This document shows, piece by piece, positions 10,799 to 20,856 of a stretch of DNA of 64,000 nt. A model generated the notes under the pieces. The model saw nothing but the letters and a program-made list of their open reading frames with translations, had not been told where the DNA came from and ran no database searches. Numbering within the stretch: the first letter of the stretch is position 1; each line of letters starts with the position of its first letter. The DNA lies in NCBI GenBank assembly GCA_034669905.1, contig JAXMOL010000009.1:32001-96000 (forward strand), read 5' to 3'. This DNA comes from Candidatus Hydrogenedentota bacterium (GTDB lineage Bacteria > Hydrogenedentota > Hydrogenedentia > Hydrogenedentales > JAEUWI01). Both the position numbers and the translations under genes were made by a program.

Positions 10799-10847
10799 TA
10801 GCGATCCCAGGGATACTTCCCGGGGTACGATATGCCAGACAATATTG

Positions 10848-10876
10848 CCTTGCCAGCTACGCGTGAGCTGGCAAGG
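10848..10876 (+). other. Stem-loop between tssC and hcp
   Basis: CCTTGCCAGCT-7 nt-AGCTGGCAAGG, an 11-bp perfect stem. Confidence 0.6.
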
Positions 10877-10969
10877 TACTTGAATTACACGGTACAATCC
10901 GGTGTAATCCACTGAATCGAATGGTAGCGTGGAATAACCACCAACATATAGCAAAAGGAGATAAATGGG

Positions 10970-11461
10970 ATGGCAAATGCATTCTTCCTGAAAATTGACG
11001 GGGTGACAGGTGAATCGGAAGACGAAAGCCACAAAGGATGGCTGGAGATTTCCGAATTCGGCCAGGAAATGGCCCACGACATTGAAGGCGGTGGTACGCC
11101 TTCCGCAGCCGGTGGTTTCTCGACCGGTGGTGCAACGCTGGAAGTGATTTCCTTCAGCAAGTCTATGGACCGCTCCAGTGTTCAGTTGTTTCAATACTGC
11201 CTGACGGCCAAAGTGATTCCGACGATTACCATCGAAGCGGTACGTCCGACGGAAAAAGCGGAAGTGTACTTCCGCATCACACTGACCAACAGCATCATTG
11301 CCAGCATCAATACCAGCGGTAGCGATGGTGAACTCCCCACGGAAGAAGGCTCCATCGCCTTTACCACCATCAAGTGGGAATACACCATGGTTAAACCCGA
11401 CGGTAAGATGGGCGATACCTTCAGCTCTACCTGGAACCGTCTCACGAACCGCCAGACCTGA
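10970..11461 (+). CDS. hcp: T6SS tube protein Hcp (TssD)
   Basis: FLKIDGVTGESED..HKGWLEI and K.MDRSS..LF motifs; AAGGAG RBS. Confidence 0.95.
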   Translation: MANAFFLKIDGVTGESEDESHKGWLEISEFGQEMAHDIEGGGTPSAAGGFSTGGATLEVISFSKSMDRSSVQLFQYCLTAKVIPTITIEAVRPTEKAEVYFRITLTNSIIASINTSGSDGELPTEEGSIAFTTIKWEYTMVKPDGKMGDTFSSTWNRLTNRQT

Positions 11462-11493
11462 TCCGGCCGGTAATTGTTGTTTAATCTCGCGCT

Positions 11494-11531
11494 GCCGGGC
11501 TTGCATTGTGCAAGCCCGGTCGCCTATCTTT
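11494..11531 (+). terminator. Terminator-like hairpin after hcp
   Basis: CCGGGCTTGCA-TTG-TGCAAGCCCGG followed by a weak T-rich tail. Confidence 0.5.
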
Positions 11532-11676
11532 CTGCTACCCGTTGCGATGGCGCAAATCGCCCGGTAGTATTCGTTACACGGCAGGTGGTCTCTGAGCCCC
11601 GCAGGTGAGACGGAGCGTGACGGTGGGTGCGGTGCTGTTTCATCTGATGGTCGTGAATTGGAGTGAGGTCTTCCTT

Positions 11677-12174
11677 GTGTACGTTCGATATCTGCCTTCT
11701 CTCATGGACCGACTTACGGACAACGAACCCGCCAAGCGACTGGAAGCGCCCCGACCCCAGGCCATGAGTTTCCAGGAGTACCGTGCCGGATTCCAGCGGG
11801 ATCTCATGCGGCTCCTTTCCTATGGGCTTCAGGCGGCGTCGGACGAATTTGCGGGCTACCCGGAAGTACAGCGTTCCGTGCTGAACTATGGCATGGCCAA
11901 CCTCCTGGGCATGGCCGATATGGCGGCTAAACCCATTGTGGTAGAGCAAAACATCGTCGAAGCGATTCGGCGCTTCGAGCCCCGGGTTAATCGAGACACC
12001 CTCCGCGTGAACGTTTCCCGCAATGAAGTCCCGGGGGAAACCACCATGAAAAACCTGGAAATCGAAATTCAGGCGGAGTTGTGGGCCAAGCCTTATTCGG
12101 AGCACGTCTACCTCTTGACCAGCGTCGACCTGCACAATGCCAGTGTTAAAGTGAAGGAATGGCGCAATGGATAA
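11677..12174 (+). CDS. tssE: T6SS baseplate TssE (gp25-like)
   Basis: PSLMDRLTD, SVLNYG and AIRRFEPR motifs. GTG 11677 has a GAGGT RBS; the ORF track start is 11605. Confidence 0.92.
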   Translation: MYVRYLPSLMDRLTDNEPAKRLEAPRPQAMSFQEYRAGFQRDLMRLLSYGLQAASDEFAGYPEVQRSVLNYGMANLLGMADMAAKPIVVEQNIVEAIRRFEPRVNRDTLRVNVSRNEVPGETTMKNLEIEIQAELWAKPYSEHVYLLTSVDLHNASVKVKEWRNG

Positions 12175-14047
12175 GAAATCTGCCAGCCGCCGCCGACTCG
12201 AATACTACAATGAAGAGCTTCAATACCTCCGTGAAGTGGGGGAAGTCTTCGCAAAAGAAAATCCCAAAGTCGCCGGGCGCCTCGGGCTGGAATCCTTCGA
12301 GTGCGCCGACCCCTACGTGGAGCGACTACTGGAAGGTGTGGCATTCCTGACCGCCCGGGTGCGCATGAAACTCGACGACGAGTTTCCCAATTTTACCCAG
12401 AGCCTGGTCGAGACCGTCTACCCCCATTATCTCTGCCCGACACCGTCTATGACCATGGTGCAGTTTCAGCCCGATTTCGCCGAGCCTGCGCTGGATGAGG
12501 GCGTCGTGGTGCCCAAGAACACCGTCATTCGGAGTGGGGGCGGTATTGGCGATGATTTCTCCTGCCAGTATCGCACGGGGCACGATGTGACCCTCTGGCC
12601 CATCTCCCTGGTGGAGGCCCAATACTACACCCGCGAAATAAACTCTCTGGGGCTCCCCGAGCGCCGCGATATGGCCGCGGGCATCCGCCTTCGCCTGCGC
12701 ACCATGGGCGGGCAGCTCTTCAGCGATATTGACCTCAATCGCCTGAATGTGTACATCCGCGGTGGGGGCGATGTGGGCGCCCGGCTCTATGAGGCTATTT
12801 TTTCCCATGGCGTCGGTGTGGTGATGCGACCTGCCACCGATCCCGTGCCCTGGCAGCGGACCCTTTCGGCAGAGCGTATTCGTCAGGTGGGTTTTGATGA
12901 CAAGGATTATCTCCTGCCTTACGGCTCCCGCTCTTTCCAGGGCTATCGACTGCTCCACGAGTATTTCGCTTTTCCGCAGCGCTACATGTTCTTTGAAATT
13001 GGCGGTCTCGGTAAGTATCTGGGCAATGTAATCGCCTCCGAAGTCGATGTATTTATTCTCCTGAAGCAGGGCGATGTGCGGCTTGAGAACGAGGTGGGCC
13101 CGTCCAACTTCGTGTTGAACTGTACGCCCGCCGTCAATCTCTTTCCCATGGAACCCGATCGGGTGGATGTTTCCGACACCCAGTCCCGTTTTCACATTGT
13201 GGGTGATCGGACGCGCCCCCTGGACTACGAAGTTTACCAGGTGAACCAGATTACCGGCTACGGAACCCAGATGGGGGACAAGCAGGTCTTTGAACCCTTT
13301 TATTCGGCCAAGGGCTACGACGCGGAGAGCCGGGCCTACTTCACAACCTATCGCATGCCACGGCGTCTTTCCGAGCGTGAACTCAATCACGGTACCCGCT
13401 CCGGCTATGCCGGCAGTGAGGTGTACGTGTCCCTCGTTGATGCTAACGCGGCACCCTATCGCCCGGATATACGACAGCTCTCGCTCCAGACCCTTTGCAC
13501 CAACCGTGACTTGCCCCTCTTGATGCAGACGGGTATTTCCAATTCCGATTTTGTCATGGACCTGAATGCCCCGATTGAAGGCATTCGCGTTGTGGCCGGG
13601 CCCACGTCGCCCCGGGCGTCTCTGGCGGAAGGGCCCTACACGTGGCGGGTCATCAATCACCTGTCACTCAATTATCTTTCCCTGATGGATACCGAAGAGG
13701 GGGATGCGGCAGCGGCCTTGCGCGAGTTGCTCGGGCTCTATGGCAATGTCTCCGATCCCGGCACACGAAAACAGATTAACACCCTGCAGCGTGTGCAGAG
13801 TGCACCCATTACACGTCGTATTCACGGACCCGGACAAATCGCCTTTGCCCGCGGCCTGGAAATCCTGATTACCATGGACGAAGAGTCCATCGAAGGGGCC
13901 GGTTCATTCCTGCTCGGTGCCGTACTTGAACGGTTCTTTGCGAAACACGTTTCCCTGAATTCCTTCACGGAGACCGTCATACAAACCCCGGAACAAGGAG
14001 AGATCAAGCGTTGGCAAGCGAGAATGGGACAGCGGAAGCTGGTATAA
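12167..14047 (+). CDS. tssF: T6SS baseplate TssF
   Basis: YYNEELQYLRE, DPYVERLLEGVAFLTAR, GYRLLHEYFAFP and SLNSFTETV motifs. Confidence 0.97.
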   Translation: MDKKSASRRRLEYYNEELQYLREVGEVFAKENPKVAGRLGLESFECADPYVERLLEGVAFLTARVRMKLDDEFPNFTQSLVETVYPHYLCPTPSMTMVQFQPDFAEPALDEGVVVPKNTVIRSGGGIGDDFSCQYRTGHDVTLWPISLVEAQYYTREINSLGLPERRDMAAGIRLRLRTMGGQLFSDIDLNRLNVYIRGGGDVGARLYEAIFSHGVGVVMRPATDPVPWQRTLSAERIRQVGFDDKDYLLPYGSRSFQGYRLLHEYFAFPQRYMFFEIGGLGKYLGNVIASEVDVFILLKQGDVRLENEVGPSNFVLNCTPAVNLFPMEPDRVDVSDTQSRFHIVGDRTRPLDYEVYQVNQITGYGTQMGDKQVFEPFYSAKGYDAESRAYFTTYRMPRRLSERELNHGTRSGYAGSEVYVSLVDANAAPYRPDIRQLSLQTLCTNRDLPLLMQTGISNSDFVMDLNAPIEGIRVVAGPTSPRASLAEGPYTWRVINHLSLNYLSLMDTEEGDAAAALRELLGLYGNVSDPGTRKQINTLQRVQSAPITRRIHGPGQIAFARGLEILITMDEESIEGAGSFLLGAVLERFFAKHVSLNSFTETVIQTPEQGEIKRWQARMGQRKLV

Positions 14048-15060
14048 GAAACCGTCTCGCCCGACAGCCCGGCTCGGCAAATTTTTTCCAGGCCATCCGG
14101 CGACTGCAGGGCGAAGAGCCCGGTAAGGCCTTCGTTGGTTTCTCGCACCATCTCCAAGACGATATCGTTCGTTTCGGGCAGAACTTGGGCTTGACCTTCG
14201 AGTCGTCCCCCGTGGAGCGTTTTCTCGAGGATCCGGAGAGTGACGCCCCGCCCAAGATGAGCGTCAATTTCATGGGGCTTCTGGGGCCGGGCGGGCCCCT
14301 GCCGCTCAATATCACGGAATCGCTCTACGAACGGCTGCTCCATGATAAGGATCGGGCGCATCCAGAGTTTCTGGATGCCCTTCAGACCCGCGTTATTTCG
14401 CTCTACTATCGGGCCTGGGCCGAGTGCCAGGCGACCGCGTCGTATGAGCGCACCCGCAATGGTTCCTTTTCCAAGTACGTCTCCAGTCTGGTGGGTATCG
14501 GCTCTGAGAGTTTCATCGAGCGCGATTCTATTCGCGACGATGGCAAGCGCTATTATTCGGCCTGGCTCGCGATGCAGACACGAAACTCCGAAGGGCTATG
14601 TGCCATTTTAGGGGAGTACTTCGGGGTGCCGGCCACGATCGAGCAGTTCGTGGGGCAGTGGATAGACATTCCACAGGATTGCTGCTGTCGTCTGGGAGAA
14701 ACCCGCAGCACCGGTAAGGTTGGCCAGAATCTTATCCTGGGCAGTCGCTATTGGGACCGACAACAGAAATTTCGGGTGCGTCTTGGTGCCATGGATTGGG
14801 AGCGCTATCTCAGCATGTTGCCATCGGGAGACCGGTTGGAGCATTTGATCGATTGGGTGCGAAACTATGTCGGGGAAGAACTCGAGTGGGATGTGTGCCT
14901 GATTCTCAAGCGGGAGGAAGTGCCCCAGACTTGTCTGGGCAGGCAGGGCCAACTTGGCTGGACGACCTGGTTGAAGCGGGAGGATACCACCTTTGACCAC
15001 GATCCGGAAGATCTTCGGATGGACCGAACGACCCTGGTCGCCTGGTTCAGACAGTTGTAA
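14011..15060 (+). CDS. tssG: T6SS baseplate TssG
   Basis: FFQAIRRL, GLLGPGGPLP, LYYRAW and LGWTTWL motifs; overlaps the tssF end, so the start is uncertain. Confidence 0.95.
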   Translation: MASENGTAEAGIRNRLARQPGSANFFQAIRRLQGEEPGKAFVGFSHHLQDDIVRFGQNLGLTFESSPVERFLEDPESDAPPKMSVNFMGLLGPGGPLPLNITESLYERLLHDKDRAHPEFLDALQTRVISLYYRAWAECQATASYERTRNGSFSKYVSSLVGIGSESFIERDSIRDDGKRYYSAWLAMQTRNSEGLCAILGEYFGVPATIEQFVGQWIDIPQDCCCRLGETRSTGKVGQNLILGSRYWDRQQKFRVRLGAMDWERYLSMLPSGDRLEHLIDWVRNYVGEELEWDVCLILKREEVPQTCLGRQGQLGWTTWLKREDTTFDHDPEDLRMDRTTLVAWFRQL

Positions 15061-15142
15061 AACGTTCCATGTGCGTATACAGTAGGTAGGGTAATCATCG
15101 CAGCGTCTGCAGAAGCAGTGATTTAAATTGAGTGGGTGAATA

Positions 15143-17269
15143 ATGGCTAGAACACAGGATACACGTTGGGCGAGTATTGAAACGCCCCTCGGGAAAGATG
15201 TACTGCTTTTTCGCCGCATGACCGGCGTGGAAGAGTTGGGGCGCATCTTCCAATATGAGCTCGAACTCTGCAGCGAGAATGACAACATCACATTCGACGA
15301 TATCATCGGGCAGAATGTCACGATTCGTATGAACTACACCGATTCGGATGCCCGTTTTATCAATGGCATCATAAGCCGATTCTCGCGCACCCAGGAAGTC
15401 GAAGATCTCACTTACTACCAAGCGACCATTGTTCCCAATCTCTGGTTTCTCACCCGCACCAAAGATTGTCGCATCTACCAGAATATGGATGCCGTCGCCA
15501 TCGTCAAAGATGTGCTGAAAGAAATGGGCATTACCGATGTCGAATACAAGCTCGGCAGTACGACCTATCCCACGCGGGAATTTACGGTCATGTATCGGGA
15601 GTCCTATTTTAATTTCATTTCCCGTTTGCTCGAGCAAGAGGGCATTTACTACTACTTCAAACACGAAGACGGGAAGCATACCCTGGTCCTGATTAATGCC
15701 AGCAGCCTCCATGAAGCCCAACCCGATTTTGAGGAGATGGAGTTCAATCCCCGTGATGCGGGATCCACCGATCAGGACAGCATCTACTACTGGGTCGAAA
15801 TGGGACTCTTTGAAAGCACCAAGTTCTCCTACGCCGACTACAGCCTGGAGACGCCCAAGAACATCATGTTTGGCGAGTCGGAAGTCGCGCGAGGCTATGC
15901 GAAAGATCATCTGGTCCGCTTTGACTACCCCGGGCGCTATTACGAGGCGGGCGACGCCACCAATTACGCCAAATATCGGGCCGAGGAATTTCAGGCCGAC
16001 TACCAGACCTTCAAAGGCGAGTGCATCATTCGTGGTGCGGCGTGCGGCGCCCTCTTCGCCATGACCAATTATCCCCTGGAATCACAAAACACGGACTATA
16101 TCATTACGTCCACCACCATCAATGTCGTAGGTGAAGATTACACGTCGAATCCGGTACAGGAGCAAAAGCTTGACCCCTTCAAATGTTCCTTCACCGCCAT
16201 TCGGAAAACGGAACAGTTCCGCGCCGAGAGTATCACGCCCCTCCCCTTTGTCCACGGGCCCCAAACCGCCATTGTGGTGGGGCCCTCGGGGGATGAGATT
16301 CACACCGATGAGTATGGGCGTATCAAAGTCCAGTTTCACTGGGACCGCTACGGAAACTCCGACGAGAACAGCTCGTGTTTCATTCGGCTCGCGCAAAATT
16401 GGGCCGGGAAAAACTGGGGGGCTGTGACCCTGCCCCGTATCGGGCAGGAAGTGGTTGTGGAGTTTCTGGAAGGAAATCCCGACCGTCCCATCATTATTGG
16501 CTCCCTGTATAACGCCGATAACAAGCCGCCCTATGCCCTGCCCACCAACATGACCATGACCGTCATGAAGAGTAACTCGAGCAAAGGGGGAGAGGGCTTC
16601 AATGAGATCCGCTTTGAGGACAAGAAAGACAGCGAACAGATCTTTGTCCACGGTCAAAAGAACTTCGACAAGCGGATTTTGAATGATTCTTTCACCTGGA
16701 TCGGTAACGATCACCACCTGCAGGTGGTCAACGACCGGAAAGAAAAAGTTGATAATGATAAACATGAAACGGTGGGCCGTGACCATATCGAAGTTATAGA
16801 GCGGGACCACAACCTCACCATCAAGGGGAAAGAGGCTATCAAGATTACGGATAGTCACAGCCACACGGTGGAAGGGGATGTTATTCAGGTCTACAAGAGT
16901 AACCACTCGGAAGAAGTGACCGCCGATTACTACCTCAAGGGCGATAATATCTGTATCGAAGCCGCCACCAATCTCACCATCAAGGTGGGGGACTCCTATA
17001 TCGCCATTGAATCCAGCGGTATTACCATTGGAACGACCGGTGATATCGAGTTGCTGGCCGATGGCGACATCACCAGCGAGTCGGGTGGGGATACCAAGGT
17101 GACGGCCGAGGGAGACGTCAATGTGACGGCCACGGGCGATCTCAATATGGAATCCACCGGCAATACCGCCATCGCTGCCACGGGTACGGCGGAAATGTCC
17201 GGTAGTTCTACCACCGTAAGCGGTGACGGCAACCTGACGCTCGAGGGCGGCATGGTAAGCATTAACTAA
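15143..17269 (+). CDS. vgrG: T6SS spike VgrG (TssI), ending directly after the beta-helix
   Basis: YRESYFNFISRLLEQEGIYYYF, GPQTAIVVGP, PRIGQEVVVEFLEGNPDRP, NEIRFEDKK and HxxVxxD repeats; ends GGMVSIN. Confidence 0.97.
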   Translation: MARTQDTRWASIETPLGKDVLLFRRMTGVEELGRIFQYELELCSENDNITFDDIIGQNVTIRMNYTDSDARFINGIISRFSRTQEVEDLTYYQATIVPNLWFLTRTKDCRIYQNMDAVAIVKDVLKEMGITDVEYKLGSTTYPTREFTVMYRESYFNFISRLLEQEGIYYYFKHEDGKHTLVLINASSLHEAQPDFEEMEFNPRDAGSTDQDSIYYWVEMGLFESTKFSYADYSLETPKNIMFGESEVARGYAKDHLVRFDYPGRYYEAGDATNYAKYRAEEFQADYQTFKGECIIRGAACGALFAMTNYPLESQNTDYIITSTTINVVGEDYTSNPVQEQKLDPFKCSFTAIRKTEQFRAESITPLPFVHGPQTAIVVGPSGDEIHTDEYGRIKVQFHWDRYGNSDENSSCFIRLAQNWAGKNWGAVTLPRIGQEVVVEFLEGNPDRPIIIGSLYNADNKPPYALPTNMTMTVMKSNSSKGGEGFNEIRFEDKKDSEQIFVHGQKNFDKRILNDSFTWIGNDHHLQVVNDRKEKVDNDKHETVGRDHIEVIERDHNLTIKGKEAIKITDSHSHTVEGDVIQVYKSNHSEEVTADYYLKGDNICIEAATNLTIKVGDSYIAIESSGITIGTTGDIELLADGDITSESGGDTKVTAEGDVNVTATGDLNMESTGNTAIAATGTAEMSGSSTTVSGDGNLTLEGGMVSIN

Positions 17270-17283
17270 AGGAGAAACTCGGC

Positions 17284-17829
17284 ATGCCCGATCCCAAAGA
17301 TGGCGAGGCCGGATCCGCGGTGGAGCCGGCAGAGGCCGTTGCGCCGGAGTTGGCCGACGAAGCCGATCCGGGGGCCGTCGCGGAAGTAAAAGCAGAGCAA
17401 ATCGAGGCGCAGACCGGTAAATACGGCACCCAGAAGGTGTCTCCCTATAAGCCGCCCACGGCGGAAGAGCAGCAGGCCGAGGCGAAGAAAGAAGAGAAAA
17501 AGAAAAAGAAGCAGGAAAAGAAGAAGACCGAGGCCGACGAGGAAGTTTCCGAAGAAGCGGCGGAGGAAGAGGCCCTCTTTGAATCCGTAGCCGTGATACA
17601 GGAATCGGCCGTGCAAGTGACCACCGATTGGATCGAGATCGAGTTGGTCGGGATGGATGACAGTCCGGTCGCCGGCATGCCTTATGAAATTACCTTGCCC
17701 GACGGAAAAACGGTCGATAAGGGTACCCTCGATGCCAAGGGAAAAGCGAAATTAATTGGTCTTACATCGGGCGATTGCCAGATTAGCTTCCCGGAACTGG
17801 ACCAGGCCGCCTGGGAAGAGATCGTCTGA
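17284..17829 (+). CDS. Charged/Pro-Ala protein with C-terminal transthyretin-like beta domain; probable T6SS spike adaptor
   Basis: AAAGGAG RBS in the 14-bp gap after vgrG. C-terminus is WIEIELVGMDDSPVAGMPYEITLPDG...GTLDAKG...DCQISFPELD. Confidence 0.7.
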   Translation: MPDPKDGEAGSAVEPAEAVAPELADEADPGAVAEVKAEQIEAQTGKYGTQKVSPYKPPTAEEQQAEAKKEEKKKKKQEKKKTEADEEVSEEAAEEEALFESVAVIQESAVQVTTDWIEIELVGMDDSPVAGMPYEITLPDGKTVDKGTLDAKGKAKLIGLTSGDCQISFPELDQAAWEEIV

Positions 17830-17899
17830 GCCAGAATCGTAATGTAAATATGAGAAATACCTTGACATGCGCTATTGGTCGCTGTGTACCATGGGTGAC

Positions 17900-17933
17900 G
17901 ATCCCGCGGCGGAGAATTGCGGGATCCTGTTTT
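17900..17933 (+). terminator. Terminator-like hairpin between the vgrG module and tssJ
   Basis: GATCCCGC...GCGGGATC followed by CTGTTTT. Confidence 0.45.
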
Positions 17934-18020
17934 GATTATTACGGATAACGGCCTTTTTGGGAGGGCCACCCGGGCTGCGCATTCAGGGCTTTTGAGGTCG
18001 AAACAGTTGCGTCGGGTTTT

Positions 18021-18662
18021 GTGAAGGAGAACAGGTTGTACCGCTGGGCTTGCATGACGACATTGAAGTATGGGGAAGGGATTCCCTCCGGGACTGCCCG
18101 TGCCGTCTTGACGGGTGCCCGACTGCTGTGCCTGCTGACCCTCCTGGCCGTTTCGGCCGGGGCGGTGAGTGGCTGTGCGTCGAAAAAACGGGATGCCTTC
18201 AACGTGAAACTGACCATGGATGTGGATTCTTTCCGAAATCCGCAAACGGGTGAGTTGCCGTCTATCGACGTCGATGTCTTTGCCGCCAATGCCTCGGAAG
18301 AGGGTGTCTTAAAGACCCTTAAGGTTCGAGAATATTTCGATACCGATAATCCCTATCGGGACGGAGTGGATGCCTTCAGTACCCGCTTTACCAACCAGGA
18401 TATCACCCCCAAGAAACTTTCCCGCCGGAGCCACTATTGGAAAGGCTGGAAGCGGAAGGGGGCCAAATCCATCTATATTATTGCGAACTTGCCCGAGCGC
18501 CCGGGGGAAAATCCCGAGTTGGTGCAGACCCGCTCGGTGTTGGCACTGCCGCTGGACCGCAAACTCTGGCCCAACGGATTCTTTACCCCACGTACCCGGA
18601 CCCTGAAGATTCTTATTCTGCCCAGTGGCCTGGTGAGTGAGACGACCCAGCGACGCCAATAG
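18021..18662 (+). CDS. Lipoprotein, probable divergent TssJ
   Basis: Hydrophobic stretch plus lipobox AVSG-C; position directly before tssK-L-M; ..IYIIANL.. strand. True start is probably downstream (18054 or 18108). Confidence 0.6.
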   Translation: MKENRLYRWACMTTLKYGEGIPSGTARAVLTGARLLCLLTLLAVSAGAVSGCASKKRDAFNVKLTMDVDSFRNPQTGELPSIDVDVFAANASEEGVLKTLKVREYFDTDNPYRDGVDAFSTRFTNQDITPKKLSRRSHYWKGWKRKGAKSIYIIANLPERPGENPELVQTRSVLALPLDRKLWPNGFFTPRTRTLKILILPSGLVSETTQRRQ

Positions 18663-18747
18663 GCGAATGCTGAAACGACGCCAAGGAAATCGACTGGCTT
18701 AAGGCTGCCCCCGGCAGCGGCGAGCGCGAAGATAGAGAAAGACAGCG

Positions 18748-20124
18748 ATGACGCAGCATATACACTGGCATGAAGGGCTCTTCCTGCAGCCCCACCACAT
18801 GCAGCAGATGCAACAGAACATCATCACCCAGATCCGCGCCGAGCGCCGGCTGGGTTTTGCCTTTGGCTATGGCGTCATTGAATCCGAACTCTCGGAAGAT
18901 TCCCTGCGCAATATGCTGGTGCAGTTCAAACACCTCCGCGTTATCATGCCCAGTGGCCAGGAAGTGGAATATCCCGCCAGTTCCGACTTGCCCCCACTGA
19001 ATATTCAGAGTTCGTTTGATGCGGGGGCCGAGTCGGTTACCGTCCTTGTCGGTGTGCCCCTCTGGGACGCCAACGGGGCCAACGTCGTGCCCAATGACAG
19101 TGCGGACGGATGGCGCAGCCGACGCATCTATAAGCTCGACGAAATCGAGCGTCCCGATGAAAACACAGGCGTCCATTCGCACCCCATGCTCGTGCGGCGG
19201 GTGAATGCCCGGTTGCTCTTGAGCACCGATGATATCGGCGGACTGGAAGTCTTGCCCCTCGTGCGGATTACCCGTTCCACCGCCGATAGTGCGGGGCTGC
19301 CCTCGCTCGATCCCAATTTTATTCCGCCGTGTATGCTGATCCATGGCTATACCCCCTTGCTCGCCATCGTGCGGGACCTCTCCAATCAGGTCGATGCCAA
19401 CCGCCGTGACCTGGTGACCCGCGTGTCCCGTGGAGGGACCCGGGGGGAGACGGCGCGGGATTCAAAGTTTCAATCCGAGCATATCTTCTTCCTGCAGACC
19501 CTCAACAAATACAGCGGGCGTCTGGCTTCGCTGGTCCGCGCCCCGGGCATCACGCCCTTCGACACCTATTTGACGCTGCGTGACCTGCTGGGTGAATTGG
19601 CAACCCTCGTGCCGGGCTATGACGTTATGGAAGTAACCCATTACGATCATGATCGTCCGGCCGTTGTCTTTGGCGAACTGAGCGACAAGATTCGTGAATT
19701 GCTCCAACTCATTGCCAACCAGAAATTCCGCCGGGTCGAATTCCAGGAAGACGACGAATTCTTCGTGGCCGACCTCAGCGCGGTCGATCTCAGCGAGGCC
19801 TCGGTGTGCTACCTGGCCGTGGAGACCGAGGAAGACCCCCGGACCCTCGTCAAGCTCGTGGAGGCGCAGGACCGCTTCAAGGCCATGGCCAAGAGCAATA
19901 TCCACCAGCGCGTGCGCGGCCTTACCCTGCGCGAAGAGCGCGAGGTGCCCCTCGACCTGCCCGCGCAGCCCGGACTCCATTACTTCCGTATCGAGCAGGA
20001 AGACAATAGGGCCCTGTGGCGACGTATCATCGTGGAGAATGCCATGGCGATCCGCTTCACCGTTTCCGAACCGGTGGACTACAAGTTTACCCTCTACACC
20101 ACCTATACCGACGGGGGCGAGTAG
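18748..20124 (+). CDS. tssK: T6SS baseplate TssK
   Basis: IHWHEGLFLQPHHMQQ, FIPPC and YDHD motifs. Confidence 0.93.
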   Translation: MTQHIHWHEGLFLQPHHMQQMQQNIITQIRAERRLGFAFGYGVIESELSEDSLRNMLVQFKHLRVIMPSGQEVEYPASSDLPPLNIQSSFDAGAESVTVLVGVPLWDANGANVVPNDSADGWRSRRIYKLDEIERPDENTGVHSHPMLVRRVNARLLLSTDDIGGLEVLPLVRITRSTADSAGLPSLDPNFIPPCMLIHGYTPLLAIVRDLSNQVDANRRDLVTRVSRGGTRGETARDSKFQSEHIFFLQTLNKYSGRLASLVRAPGITPFDTYLTLRDLLGELATLVPGYDVMEVTHYDHDRPAVVFGELSDKIRELLQLIANQKFRRVEFQEDDEFFVADLSAVDLSEASVCYLAVETEEDPRTLVKLVEAQDRFKAMAKSNIHQRVRGLTLREEREVPLDLPAQPGLHYFRIEQEDNRALWRRIIVENAMAIRFTVSEPVDYKFTLYTTYTDGGE

Positions 20125-20127
20125 ACC

Positions 20128-20850
20128 ATGACCCTGGTAGAGCTGACCGAGCCGCTTTTCCTCTATGTGGGCTGTCTGACCCGCGCAGCGGAGCACAACA
20201 TCCAATTTGAAGTGGAACAGGTGCGCCGGGAAATTGTCAGCATTTTCGCGGAGATGCGTATCAAGGCCGAAGCCCACCCGGCCTTGGCCTACCAGTATGA
20301 CCGGACGATTAACCTGGCCCTCATTTTCTACGTCGACTTTATGATTAAAGAAAGCGACCTCAATATCGCCGATGAATGGGTCGAGCTGGCTTTTGACGAA
20401 CAAGAGCTTGCCGGCGACGAACAGTTCTTTGACCTGCTCGAGCAGACCCTGGCGCAGAATACGGAAGTTGCCCTCCAGCAGCTCACCGTTTTCCGTGAAT
20501 GCCTCCGACTGGGATTCACCGGTTGTTATGCCGACGACTGGAAGTATATCCGGCAGAAACACTCCGACATCGACAATAAGGTATTTGGCGAGCGCTTTGA
20601 GCTATCGGCGCAACTTACGCCCACGGCCTATGAGCATGTGGAAGACAAACCCCTGCCCTTTCGTACGTTGAAGCGATTCAAGTTCGTGCGCTGGGCCATG
20701 GTCGTCCTTATTTTTCTGGTGGTGGCCGTGAATATTGGCCTCTACTATGTGAGCTCGGGCGCCCTGCGCCAGACGCTGAAAGAAATCCAGGAAACCGCGG
20801 AAACGGGCGCGGCCCACGCGATTAATCCTGCCGCTGCGAATAAGGAGTAA
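20128..20850 (+). CDS. tssL: T6SS TssL/DotU with C-terminal TM and no OmpA domain
   Basis: AGDEQFFDLL and CLRLGFTGCY motifs; single C-terminal TM segment. Confidence 0.88.
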   Translation: MTLVELTEPLFLYVGCLTRAAEHNIQFEVEQVRREIVSIFAEMRIKAEAHPALAYQYDRTINLALIFYVDFMIKESDLNIADEWVELAFDEQELAGDEQFFDLLEQTLAQNTEVALQQLTVFRECLRLGFTGCYADDWKYIRQKHSDIDNKVFGERFELSAQLTPTAYEHVEDKPLPFRTLKRFKFVRWAMVVLIFLVVAVNIGLYYVSSGALRQTLKEIQETAETGAAHAINPAAANKE

Positions 20851-20856
20851 GTACGC

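Noticed and set aside
10869..10884. Sigma54-like TGGCAAG-N4-TTGA before hcp
   Set aside because: Lacks the conserved -12 GC and is explained by the hairpin arm.
9443..11506. 687-aa minus-strand ORF, and similar ones at 20992-23310, 23347-24972 and 41755-43986
   Set aside because: Antisense to well-supported genes; expected in GC-rich DNA.
15075..15080. GTATAC upstream of vgrG, the PAAR-like gene and the DUF4123 cassette as a shared operator
   Set aside because: Only 6 bp, overlaps plausible -10 elements, and also occurs inside coding regions.
17267..17286. Readthrough or frameshift fusing vgrG to the next ORF
   Set aside because: Different frame, no slippery run, and a strong independent RBS.
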